From: a candidate division WOR-3 bacterium
GTDB lineage: Bacteria; Hydrothermota; Hydrothermia; LBFQ01; DSFT01
DNA: 13,159 nucleotides
Assembly: GCA_965649115.1 (NCBI GenBank)
Contig: CBFGJN010000053.1
Span: 1 to 13,159, forward strand
Direction: 5' to 3'
The notes beneath the pieces are model-generated. The model saw only the letters and a list, made by a program, of their open reading frames with translations, was not told where the DNA came from and searched no databases. A program made the position numbers and the translations under genes. Shown piece after piece: positions 1-7,101 of this stretch; position 1 is the first letter of the stretch; the number at the start of each line of letters is the position of its first letter.

Positions 1-2
1 AA

Positions 3-515
3 ATTCTTCCAGAGCTTTATAGAGTTTTGAAAAATGACAGATTTTTTATAACATTTTTTAGCACAAAGTACCTTCCAAAACTGTTTGAAAATAATCCCTT
101 TACTTATTTTTGGCAGATTATTCTTTATTCGCCAGGTGCAGCAGTTCAATCACCAATTGGATTTACAAAATATATGTCGTGCTTTGTGTTTAAAAAGGGC
201 TCACCAAAAATAAGAAAAAGAAAAAAAGATATTTTTATTGATACACCTACTAAAATGGTTGAACCTGATGAAGGTTTTATAGATCATCCAACCCCTAAGC
301 CAAAAACATTTCTAGCGGAAATAATAGAAATGTTTTCTGATGAAGGAGATATTGTGTTAGATCCATTTATAGGGAGTGGTTCAACTGCGCTTGCTTGTAT
401 TATGACTGATAGAAATTATATTGGTTTTGAAATTGAAGAAAAATTTGTTAAATTAGCATTAGAAAGAATAGAAAAATTTAAGAAAAGAGGATTACAAAAG
501 AAATTACTAACATGA
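3..515 (+). CDS. DNA methyltransferase, N4-cytosine/N6-adenine, beta class (5' truncated by window edge)
   Basis: The frame is open from position 3 (ILPELYRVLKND), so the TTG at 27 is not the true start. HPTPKP followed by VLDPFIGSGST (motif I) and IGFEIE near the C-terminus gives the beta-class motif order. The catalytic motif IV lies outside the window. Confidence 0.92.
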   Translation: MLPELYRVLKNDRFFITFFSTKYLPKLFENNPFTYFWQIILYSPGAAVQSPIGFTKYMSCFVFKKGSPKIRKRKKDIFIDTPTKMVEPDEGFIDHPTPKPKTFLAEIIEMFSDEGDIVLDPFIGSGSTALACIMTDRNYIGFEIEEKFVKLALERIEKFKKRGLQKKLLT

Positions 516-1117
516 AGGATTATTGTGAAGTTCCTGTCCCTCTAAGTAATCCAAAATCAAGATATAGAATAAGAAGAGGTAGAAACCATATTTCAGCTCC
601 TACAAGGACAATTATTTTAGAAAGTGATATTTTAGAATGGCAAATTTTATATAAAGAATTATTAGATATTCTCAAAGGATCTTTCCAAAAAAGGATAATT
701 GATAGAAATGACATTTTGAAAATAAAAAATTTTGCTTCAAACATAAATGAAAATGAATTCATAGAACAAAACAATAAGGTAATTTTTGAGGGAACAGATA
801 TTGAAATAAAAGGATTCAAGAAATTCTTTGAGAAATTTCCGATTTTCATTAAAGAAGGCAATTATTATGATATTGAAATTGCTCTAAAAGCAAGACAAAT
901 TGGAACAGGATTGCAATCTATGATTTATGTATGTATAAAAATGTCAAAAGTTTATGATTGTAATGGAAAACCAATTATAAATAGAGTAATAAAATCAAAG
1001 GAAAAAGGTGGAGTTTTGATTACGAAGGAAATGCTAATAGATATATTGAAAGCATTCTCAATTGCTTCAAAAAAACACAATCAAGATATATTAAAAATTT
1101 TATCGGAAATCCGTTAA
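512..1117 (+). CDS. R.PabI-family (HALFPIPE fold) restriction DNA glycosylase
   Basis: Motifs VPLSNPKSRYR, EWQILY, LKARQIGTGLQSMIYVCI and LKAFSIASKKHNQDI match R.PabI motifs recalled from memory (LPITRPTSKIR, EWQISY, LKHKQRAVGYQSMVYVCI, LKAFIIASETHKNDI). ATGA overlap with the methyltransferase stop. Confidence 0.85.
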   Translation: MKDYCEVPVPLSNPKSRYRIRRGRNHISAPTRTIILESDILEWQILYKELLDILKGSFQKRIIDRNDILKIKNFASNINENEFIEQNNKVIFEGTDIEIKGFKKFFEKFPIFIKEGNYYDIEIALKARQIGTGLQSMIYVCIKMSKVYDCNGKPIINRVIKSKEKGGVLITKEMLIDILKAFSIASKKHNQDILKILSEIR

Positions 1118-1120
1118 AGG

Positions 1121-1241
1121 GATAATTGATTATCAATAACCTATTATTTAATGGTGGGCTCTATGCGGGGCTTCACCCCCCAAGGCATAAGATGGGAAAT
1201 TTATAATCCAAAGACTTATATTCAGAATTATTGGACACAGC
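1121..1241 (-). mobile_element. Partial MITE-like repeat copy (left TIR, internal deletion, both palindromes, IHF-like site, no right TIR)
   Basis: Reverse complement reads GCTGTGTCCAATAATT...TAAGTCTTTGGATTATAAATTTCCCATCTTATGCCTTGGGGGGTGAAGCCCC...TTGATAATCAAT, homologous to 6928-7090. Confidence 0.85.
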
Positions 1242-1257
1242 ACTTAAAATTAAGCTT

Positions 1258-1263
1258 TAAACT
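1258..1263 (+). promoter_or_regulatory. Putative -10 box (TAAACT) of a leaderless transcript
   Basis: TANNNT 7 nt before the ATG at 1271, with no Shine-Dalgarno. The same arrangement recurs at other first genes. Confidence 0.4.
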
Positions 1264-1270
1264 TTTAAAT

Positions 1271-1591
1271 ATGCCAATATCAACAATCCATCACATGGTA
1301 GGCGGAATTTTATTATTGATTTATCTTCTTGCTTTGATAACTGCTTTTTTAAAAGAAGATATATCAAGAAAAGTTAGAATGGTTGGAGATATTGTTCTTT
1401 TTTTCCAGTATCTTATAGGTGTTATAATGCTTATTGTAGGTTTAAGTAATGTTCATTTACATTATATTTTCGCCTTATTACCTGTTATTTTAATTCCCTT
1501 CTCAAAAAAGCTTGGTTATAGAATTACAACACTATTATTTTTTATTATTATTCTGTTAGCTTATTTGTCAGGTTTAAAAAGAGGATTATGA
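1271..1591 (+). CDS. Small integral membrane protein (about 4 TM, 106 aa), function unknown
   Basis: Hydrophobic segments. The ORF-track extension 1151-1270 runs through repeat DNA, so the ATG at 1271 is preferred. ATGA overlap with panB. Confidence 0.75.
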   Translation: MPISTIHHMVGGILLLIYLLALITAFLKEDISRKVRMVGDIVLFFQYLIGVIMLIVGLSNVHLHYIFALLPVILIPFSKKLGYRITTLLFFIIILLAYLSGLKRGL

Positions 1592-2364
1592 AAAAATTGA
1601 GAGTTGAGGATATAATAAATAAAAAGGGAAAGGAAAAAATAACTTCATTAACTGCTTATGATTACATAACTGCTGATATTCTTGATAAAGCAGGAATAGA
1701 TATTATTCTTGTTGGAGATTCATTATCAAATGTTATTCAAGGAAATAAAACAACAATTCCAGTTAGTATGGAGGAAATGATATATCACTCAAAAATTGTT
1801 TCAAAAGCAGTAAATAGAGCATTAGTAATTGGAGATATGCCATTTATGTCTTATCAAGTTTCTACTGAGGAAGGTATTAGAAATGCAATGAGATTTTTGA
1901 AAGAGGGGAATTGTGATGGTGTTAAAATCGAGGGAGGATTTGAAATTTTAGAATTGGTTAGGAGGCTTGTTAGTTATGGTGTTCCTGTAATGGGACATAT
2001 TGGTTTAATGCCACAAAAAGTTAATATTTATGGATATAAGCTTGTTAAAGATGATAAATTATTAGATATTGCAAAAAGTTTAGAAGATGCAGGTGTATTT
2101 TCAATTGTTCTTGAAAAGGTTTCATATAATTTAGCAAAAAAAATAACGGATACTTTAAAAATTCCTACAATTGGAATAGCATCAGGTCCTTATTGCGATG
2201 GTCAAGTTTTGGTATTTCACGATATGATTGGGCTTACAGAACAAAAATTTAAATTTGTTCGTTTATATTTAAATGCTCGCGAGTTATTTACAGATGCTGT
2301 TAAGAAATATATAGAGGATGTAAAAAGTGGAAACTTCCCAAGCTTGGAGGAAAGTTATGAATAA
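1588..2364 (+). CDS. panB: 3-methyl-2-oxobutanoate hydroxymethyltransferase
   Basis: LTAYDY, ILVGDS, GDMPFMSY, VKIEGG, MGHIGLMPQ and CDGQVLVFHD motifs. Confidence 0.97.
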   Translation: MKKLRVEDIINKKGKEKITSLTAYDYITADILDKAGIDIILVGDSLSNVIQGNKTTIPVSMEEMIYHSKIVSKAVNRALVIGDMPFMSYQVSTEEGIRNAMRFLKEGNCDGVKIEGGFEILELVRRLVSYGVPVMGHIGLMPQKVNIYGYKLVKDDKLLDIAKSLEDAGVFSIVLEKVSYNLAKKITDTLKIPTIGIASGPYCDGQVLVFHDMIGLTEQKFKFVRLYLNARELFTDAVKKYIEDVKSGNFPSLEESYE

Positions 2365-3382
2365 AAAGTGTTATTTAATTATAACAGGAGGAACAGGCGG
2401 TCATATATTTCCTGCAATTGCTATTGCACAAGAATTGAAAGAAAGAAATTTAAAATATAAAATTGTTGTTATTGGTCCTAAAATTCAAACAAGGGCATTT
2501 GAACAGTTTAATGCTAAGGTTTATTATAAGCATGATAAGTTAAGTCTCATTATTCATACAATAAGAATTTTCAAAAATGTTTTATCTGAACCTAAAATAA
2601 TAGCAACAGGTTCATATGCTTCATTTCCTGCTTTATTTTGGGCGTGGTTATTTAGAAAACCATATTATTTAATAGAAGAAAATGTTATTCCAGGAAGAGT
2701 AATTAAGTTTTTTAGTAAAAATGCAAAAATGGTTTTTTTACCATTTGAAGAAGCAAAAGAACATTTTAAAAGAAAAGATAATCTCTTTATAACGGGTGTT
2801 CCTGTTAGAATATTTAATAAAGTTTCTAAAAAAGAAGCAAGGGAAATTTTAAAAATTCCTGAAAAATCAAAGGTTGTGCTAGTATTAGGTGGAAGTCAAG
2901 GTTCAAGAAAGATAAATAGATTAGCAGTTAAAGTTGCCGAGAAATTATCAAATTATGAATTTATACTGATTGCAGGAAAGGATTATGATAGATTGTGGAA
3001 TGATGTTTTTATTCCAAGAAATGTGAAAGTATTTGAATTTTTTGAAGATATGAGTGTTCCCTATATGGCAAGTGATATTGCAATTTCAAGAGCAGGTGGA
3101 AGTGCTATAAGTGAGCTCATTTACTTCAAAATTCCAACAATTTATATTCCTTATCCAAAAGCAAAAGACAATCATCAATATTATAATGCCAAAGCAGTTG
3201 TTGATAGAGGATTTGGAATAATGATAAAAGAAGACGATTTGGATGTAAATGTTTTAAAAGAAGCAATTATTGAAGTTATGGAAAACAGAGAAAGCTATAA
3301 AAAGAACATTTTAAAATATAATTATTCTGATGCAAGAGAGAGAATTGTTGATTACTTACAAGGAATTTTTGAAAAAGTATAA
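2357..3382 (+). CDS. murG: Lipid I N-acetylglucosaminyltransferase
   Basis: GGTGGHIFP, EENVIPG, GVPVR, GGSQG, SRAGGS and DNHQYYNA motifs. GGAGG at 2346-2350 supports the ATG at 2357 over the GTG at 2327. Confidence 0.95.
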   Translation: MNKKCYLIITGGTGGHIFPAIAIAQELKERNLKYKIVVIGPKIQTRAFEQFNAKVYYKHDKLSLIIHTIRIFKNVLSEPKIIATGSYASFPALFWAWLFRKPYYLIEENVIPGRVIKFFSKNAKMVFLPFEEAKEHFKRKDNLFITGVPVRIFNKVSKKEAREILKIPEKSKVVLVLGGSQGSRKINRLAVKVAEKLSNYEFILIAGKDYDRLWNDVFIPRNVKVFEFFEDMSVPYMASDIAISRAGGSAISELIYFKIPTIYIPYPKAKDNHQYYNAKAVVDRGFGIMIKEDDLDVNVLKEAIIEVMENRESYKKNILKYNYSDARERIVDYLQGIFEKV

Positions 3383-3857
3383 CAAAGTTCTGAACTTAAC
3401 TTCAAAAAATGTTAATTTGGATAAATTAATAAACCAAAGCATTTATATTGAAAAGTTCATAAGGAAGCACAGCAAAATTTTGGATGTTGGAAGTGGTGGA
3501 GGTATTGTAGGAATTCCCCTTAAAATTATAAGAAATGATTTAGTTGTTTATTTAATTGAAAGAAGTCAAAGAAAAAGCACATTTTTAGAAATTGTTATAA
3601 AAAAATTGAATTTAAGTGAAATTTTCGTGATAAATGAAGATTATAAAAATTTAAAAATAAACGAAAAATTTGATGTTATAATAGCAAGGGCAATAGGAAA
3701 TTATGAAGTTTTTGTTAAAACCTTAAAGAAATTTTTAAAAGAGGATGGAAAGTTTATTATCTTTTCAGACTTTGAATGTGATGAGTTTAAAACAATTAAG
3801 GAAAAAATTGGGAATTTAACAATTAGTATTCTTTCAAGACGCCTTAGCCCCCCATAG
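3330..3857 (+). CDS. rsmG: 16S rRNA m7G527 methyltransferase
   Basis: YNKVLNLTS, LDVGSGGGIVGIPL, LIERSQRK and FDVIIARA motifs. The last codons and the stop fall in repeat-like DNA. Confidence 0.88.
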   Translation: MQERELLITYKEFLKKYNKVLNLTSKNVNLDKLINQSIYIEKFIRKHSKILDVGSGGGIVGIPLKIIRNDLVVYLIERSQRKSTFLEIVIKKLNLSEIFVINEDYKNLKINEKFDVIIARAIGNYEVFVKTLKKFLKEDGKFIIFSDFECDEFKTIKEKIGNLTISILSRRLSPP

Positions 3858-3935
3858 CCGAAAAATGCTTGAAATAATAGGAGGCGAAGCCCCATGGCAA
3901 AAGTTGGGGTATTTATAAGCCTAAGGATTATATTT
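3845..3935 (-). repeat. Internal fragment of the MITE-like repeat
   Basis: Reverse complement TAATCCTTAGGCTTATAAATACCCCAACTTTTGCCATGGGGCTTCGCCTCCTATTATTTCAAG aligns with about 4905-4982. Confidence 0.8.
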
Positions 3936-3964
3936 TATCAGAGTTTTGGTATTCGGCGAATTTA

Positions 3965-4032
3965 ATGAGGGACTAATGGGCAAAGCCTCCCTTGCGGGAA
4001 AATGGGAATTTTTAAGCCGAAGGCTTATTTTA
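3965..4032 (-). repeat. Second internal fragment of the MITE-like repeat
   Basis: Perfect palindrome TAAGCC-GAA-GGCTTA at 4013-4027. Reverse complement AAAATAAGCCTTCGGCTTAAAAATTCCCATTTT matches about 4901-4935. Confidence 0.8.
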
Positions 4033-4049
4033 GCGTAATACCTAATTCT

Positions 4050-4112
4050 GCTTTGTCCAATAATTGAGGCTTGATTTTATTGGGGGTTTATCAAAAGAGG
4101 CGTAATCCTCTT
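4050..4112 (-). repeat. Right-end fragment of the MITE-like repeat; its hairpin may also act as a terminator
   Basis: GCTTTGTCCAATAATT at 4050-4065 is the exact reverse complement of the right TIR at 5032-5047. It is followed by TGGGGGTTTAT and the hairpin AAGAGG-CGTAAT-CCTCTT (4095-4112), just downstream of the hydrolase stop. Confidence 0.7.
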
Positions 4113-4128
4113 ACTCAAAAAAGCTCTT

Positions 4129-4806
4129 TCAAGGTGATTTTAAAATTTCTTTTAAAAATTCCAAAACACTATCTCTTACAATTTTAAGTTGTTCATTATG
4201 ATTAATTCCTAAATGTCCATCAGTTATTGCCTCTACAAAATCCCACCTATCCATATAACCGTTATGATTTCCTCCTTTAATTAAAATCAATTTTTTTTGA
4301 GTTTTTAAGTTTTCATATATAATTTTTTGATTATATTCAAATTTTGTAATTTCATCATTTGTTCCTGCGAAAATTAAAACGGGAACATTAATTTTATTAT
4401 AATTCAAAAATAATGCAGGGGGAGAAAATAGAAACAAGCATTTTATTGAGCTTCTTCTATATGAAACAATCATAGAAAAATAAGCACCGAGAGAATGTCC
4501 TCCAAGACAACTTTCATTTTTAATTGAACTATCTATTTTATTTAAATTATCAATAATTTTTATTATTTTAAAGGGAATTAAAGTAAGAAATAACCACCCC
4601 TTGTAATCTGGAATTATCGTTATAAAACCATTACTTGCTAAGAATTTGCCAAAGCTTTCATATCTTGATGAAGGACTATTCATTCCACCTGAAAATATAA
4701 CAAAAGGATAAGAGCCTTCCGACTTTGGCTTATAAATATCAATATAATCTCCATTGAACTTAATACGTTTGTATTCAATATCAAAATTCAGAATTAGGAT
4801 TAACAT
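4129..4806 (-). CDS. Alpha/beta fold serine hydrolase
   Basis: GHSLG nucleophile elbow, GTNDEI (Asp), GGNHNG (His), and the YPFVIFSGG...LASNGF segment. Confidence 0.9.
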   Translation of the reverse strand: MLILILNFDIEYKRIKFNGDYIDIYKPKSEGSYPFVIFSGGMNSPSSRYESFGKFLASNGFITIIPDYKGWLFLTLIPFKIIKIIDNLNKIDSSIKNESCLGGHSLGAYFSMIVSYRRSSIKCLFLFSPPALFLNYNKINVPVLIFAGTNDEITKFEYNQKIIYENLKTQKKLILIKGGNHNGYMDRWDFVEAITDGHLGINHNEQLKIVRDSVLEFLKEILKSP

Positions 4807-4844
4807 AGAATTTAAATTTTAATGGTTGTGGATACCTCATTTAT

Positions 4845-5047
4845 GCTTTGTCCAGTAATTCTGGAAATATAATTATTTCTATATTTTCCCACCCGCCCTA
4901 AAAATAAGCCTTCGGCTTTAAAAAACCCCATCTTTTGCTATGGGGGGCTCCGCCCCCCATAAAGTGCCCCCATTATTTCAAGTATTTCAATTAATACTTA
5001 ATAAGTAGTTGATAATCAATCACTTAGCAATAATTATTGGACAAAGC
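4845..5047 (+). mobile_element. Complete 203-bp MITE-like element with 11-bp target-site duplication
   Basis: TIRs GCTTTGTCCAGTAATT (4845-4860) and AATTATTGGACAAAGC (5032-5047) match at 15/16. The direct repeat ACCTCATTTAT is perfect at 4834-4844 and 5048-5058. No coding capacity. Confidence 0.9.
5002..5026. promoter_or_regulatory. Two overlapping inverted IHF-consensus sites (WATCAANNNNTTR)
   Basis: TAAGTAGTTGATAATCAATCACTTA reads AATCAATCACTTA on + and TATCAACTACTTA on -, both perfect matches to the consensus. Confidence 0.55.
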
Positions 5048-5058
5048 ACCTCATTTAT

Positions 5059-5157
5059 GCTGTGTCTAGTAATTTTGAAAATATGATTATTTCCATATTT
5101 TTCTACCCACCCTATATTTAAGCCTTTGGCTTAAACTTCGCCCCCATAAATCCCCCC
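5059..5157 (+). mobile_element. Right-truncated MITE-like copy abutting the direct repeat
   Basis: Starts with GCTGTGTCTAGTAATT and contains TAAGCCTTTGGCTTA and CTTCGCCCCCATAAA. No right TIR. The end coordinate is approximate. Confidence 0.85.
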
Positions 5158-5176
5158 GTAAAATATAATGTTTGAT

Positions 5177-5206
5177 GGGAAAATATAGAAAAATAAAGAA
5201 TTTTTT
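5177..5206 (-). repeat. Inverted fragment of the element's left subterminal region
   Basis: GGGAAAATATAGAAAAATAA is close to the reverse complement of TTATTTCTATATTTTCCC (4873-4890). Confidence 0.55.
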
Positions 5207-5208
5207 AT

Positions 5209-6891
5209 TTAGTTTTTAAATTCAACTTTAAATAAAAGAACTGATATAAACATTATAAGAACGATTAAAAAACTGAATATCTGGTTAATTTGGAAGGCAA
5301 AAAATGTTAAGTTAAAAATTATAAAAATTGCTGAAATAATACCTCCAAGACTATCACCTGCTATTACACCACTACTATAAATAACACCATAATTTCTATT
5401 TAAAAATTTTGATATTAACCCACCAAGAAAAATTGAACTTGAAAGACCAAAAGGCAAGTACAATCCGACAGAAACAGCAAGAGCATTTATTCCGATTATT
5501 TCAAAAATGATAGATATTACTCCTCCAATTAATAGTAATAACCATGGCAAATTTCCTTCAAAAGAACTTTTAAGTATAATTGACATTAAAGTTGCCTGTG
5601 GAGCTGGCAAATCCTTTGAGCCAATAATATAAGCTTTATTTAGTATGGTCAAAACATATCCAATTATTATTGAAGAAACTAAAACTCCAATAATTAATGA
5701 GATTTGTTGATTTATGGGCTTTGAACCTACCAAATAACCTGTTTTTAAGTCCTGTGATGTATCACCTGACATAGCAGCTGCTATACAAACAATCGCCCCG
5801 ATTGTAAGAGATATGAAAATTCCTTCAAACCCACTAAAACCTAATTTCTTAATAATTATTGAAACAATTAAAAGTGTTGATATTGTCATTCCTGAAATTG
5901 GATTTGATGAACTACCTACAATACCAACAATTCTTCCCGAAATGGCTGTAAATACTATTCCAAAAGCAAAAGCAAGGACTATTCCAATTAAATTAAAATG
6001 ATATATAAAGTATGAAATTATAATAAGCAAAGCTATTGAAATTATAATAATATAAAAAGGAAGATCATTTTTTGATGTTTTAAAGTTTAAAAAGCTTTCA
6101 AAAGCTTTTAAATTCTTAATAAAACTAATAATTCCGCCAACAAGAACACCACCCGCCCCAATATATCTTATATAACTATGCCATATTTGTTCAAAATTGT
6201 AATTATTTATTAAAAATGAAATTAATGGTATAAAGACAAACCAACCTAAAACACCACCAATAAAAATATATGAACTAATTCTAATTCCAAGGATATAACC
6301 TGCTCCAATTAATGAAGGTGATAAATCTACTGAAAAAACTGAAAACTTGTTTATAATAATTGAAAAACTTGATTTTAGAATTGAAAAGACATTAGTTAAA
6401 ATTCTGATAAAAAAACCAATAAAAAAACCAATAATAATATATATAAATTCAAAGCCCCTTGAAGGACTTATTAAAACTTCTGCACAAGCTCTACCTTCTG
6501 GATAAGGAAGAGTTTTATCATCTTCTTCTATAAACTTCTTTCTAAAAGGTATAAATGCTAAAACCCCAAGAATACCTCCAATACAAGAAGTAGCGAAAAT
6601 ATAGAAATAGCTAACATCGTAATTTAAAATTAGAAATGCTGGAATTGTAAATATCACACCTGCTGCTAATGCTTCACCTGCTGATGCTATCGTTTGAACG
6701 ATATTATTTTCTTTAATTGAATTTCTTCTAAAAACAATTTGCATTATTGCCATAGATATTACTGCTGCTGGAATACTTGCTGAAACTGTCATTCCTGCTT
6801 TAAGTCCAAGATAAGCATTAGCCCCTGCAAAAACTATCGCTAAAATTACCCCTACAACTATTGAAAATAATGTAAGTTCCCTTTCGTTAAT
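5209..6891 (-). CDS. Oligopeptide transporter, OPT family (start uncertain: ATT at 6891 or ATG at 6792)
   Basis: RELT...ANAYLGLKAGMTVSASIPAAVISM, ENNIVQTIASAGE, LPYPEG, SSNPISGM, QDLKTG and LPAPQA motifs. Family similarity extends upstream of the ATG at 6792. Confidence 0.92.
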   Translation of the reverse strand: MNERELTLFSIVVGVILAIVFAGANAYLGLKAGMTVSASIPAAVISMAIMQIVFRRNSIKENNIVQTIASAGEALAAGVIFTIPAFLILNYDVSYFYIFATSCIGGILGVLAFIPFRKKFIEEDDKTLPYPEGRACAEVLISPSRGFEFIYIIIGFFIGFFIRILTNVFSILKSSFSIIINKFSVFSVDLSPSLIGAGYILGIRISSYIFIGGVLGWFVFIPLISFLINNYNFEQIWHSYIRYIGAGGVLVGGIISFIKNLKAFESFLNFKTSKNDLPFYIIIISIALLIIISYFIYHFNLIGIVLAFAFGIVFTAISGRIVGIVGSSSNPISGMTISTLLIVSIIIKKLGFSGFEGIFISLTIGAIVCIAAAMSGDTSQDLKTGYLVGSKPINQQISLIIGVLVSSIIIGYVLTILNKAYIIGSKDLPAPQATLMSIILKSSFEGNLPWLLLLIGGVISIIFEIIGINALAVSVGLYLPFGLSSSIFLGGLISKFLNRNYGVIYSSGVIAGDSLGGIISAIFIIFNLTFFAFQINQIFSFLIVLIMFISVLLFKVEFKN

Positions 6892-6897
6892 ATGAAA

Positions 6898-6903
6898 ATT
6901 TTA
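6898..6903 (-). promoter_or_regulatory. Putative -10 box TAAAAT
   Basis: Lies 6 nt upstream of the in-frame ATT at 6891. Confidence 0.45.
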
Positions 6904-6927
6904 AACTTCTTTAGTCTAAAGATTTTT

Positions 6928-7090
6928 GCTGTGTCTAGTAATTCTAAAAATATCTATTTTTCTTTATTTTGCCCACCCACCCAAAAATAAGCCTACGGCT
7001 TATAAATCCCCCGTCTTATGCCTTGGGGGACAAAGCCCCCCATTAAATCAATTGATTATCAATAATTTAACACTATTTACTGGACAAAGC
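6928..7090 (+). mobile_element. Complete 163-bp MITE-like element with 11-bp direct repeat (10/11)
   Basis: TIRs GCTGTGTCTAGTAATT (6928-6943) and ATTTACTGGACAAAGC (7075-7090) match at 13/16. Flanks are TAAAGATTTTT (6917-6927) and AAAAGATTTTT (7091-7101). IHF consensus TATCAATAATTTA at 7057-7069. Confidence 0.9.
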
Positions 7091-7101
7091 AAAAGATTTT
7101 T

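Noticed and set aside
520..861. 113-aa minus-strand ORF
   Set aside because: It is antisense to the PabI-family gene and has no recognisable motifs.
1121..1140. Fur-box-like or FNR-like palindrome TTGAT-N-ATCAA
   Set aside because: The spacer is 1 nt rather than the 4 nt of FNR, and the Fur match needs a gap. It is part of the dispersed element and fits the IHF consensus better.
1151..1270. 40-aa N-terminal extension of the membrane protein ORF
   Set aside because: It translates repeat DNA. The ATG at 1271 has the recurring -10 arrangement.
3701..3895. 64-aa minus-strand ORF
   Set aside because: It starts in a repeat fragment and runs antisense to rsmG.
4905..4975. tRNA or known structured ncRNA
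   Set aside because: There is no cloverleaf or T-loop. The GC-rich hairpins lie inside a TIR- and TSD-bounded dispersed repeat.
4834..5157. CRISPR array
   Set aside because: The direct repeats are only 11 bp and differ between loci, the intervening units are homologous rather than unique spacers, and no cas genes are present.
5813..6001. 62-aa plus-strand ORF
   Set aside because: It is an antisense shadow of the OPT gene.
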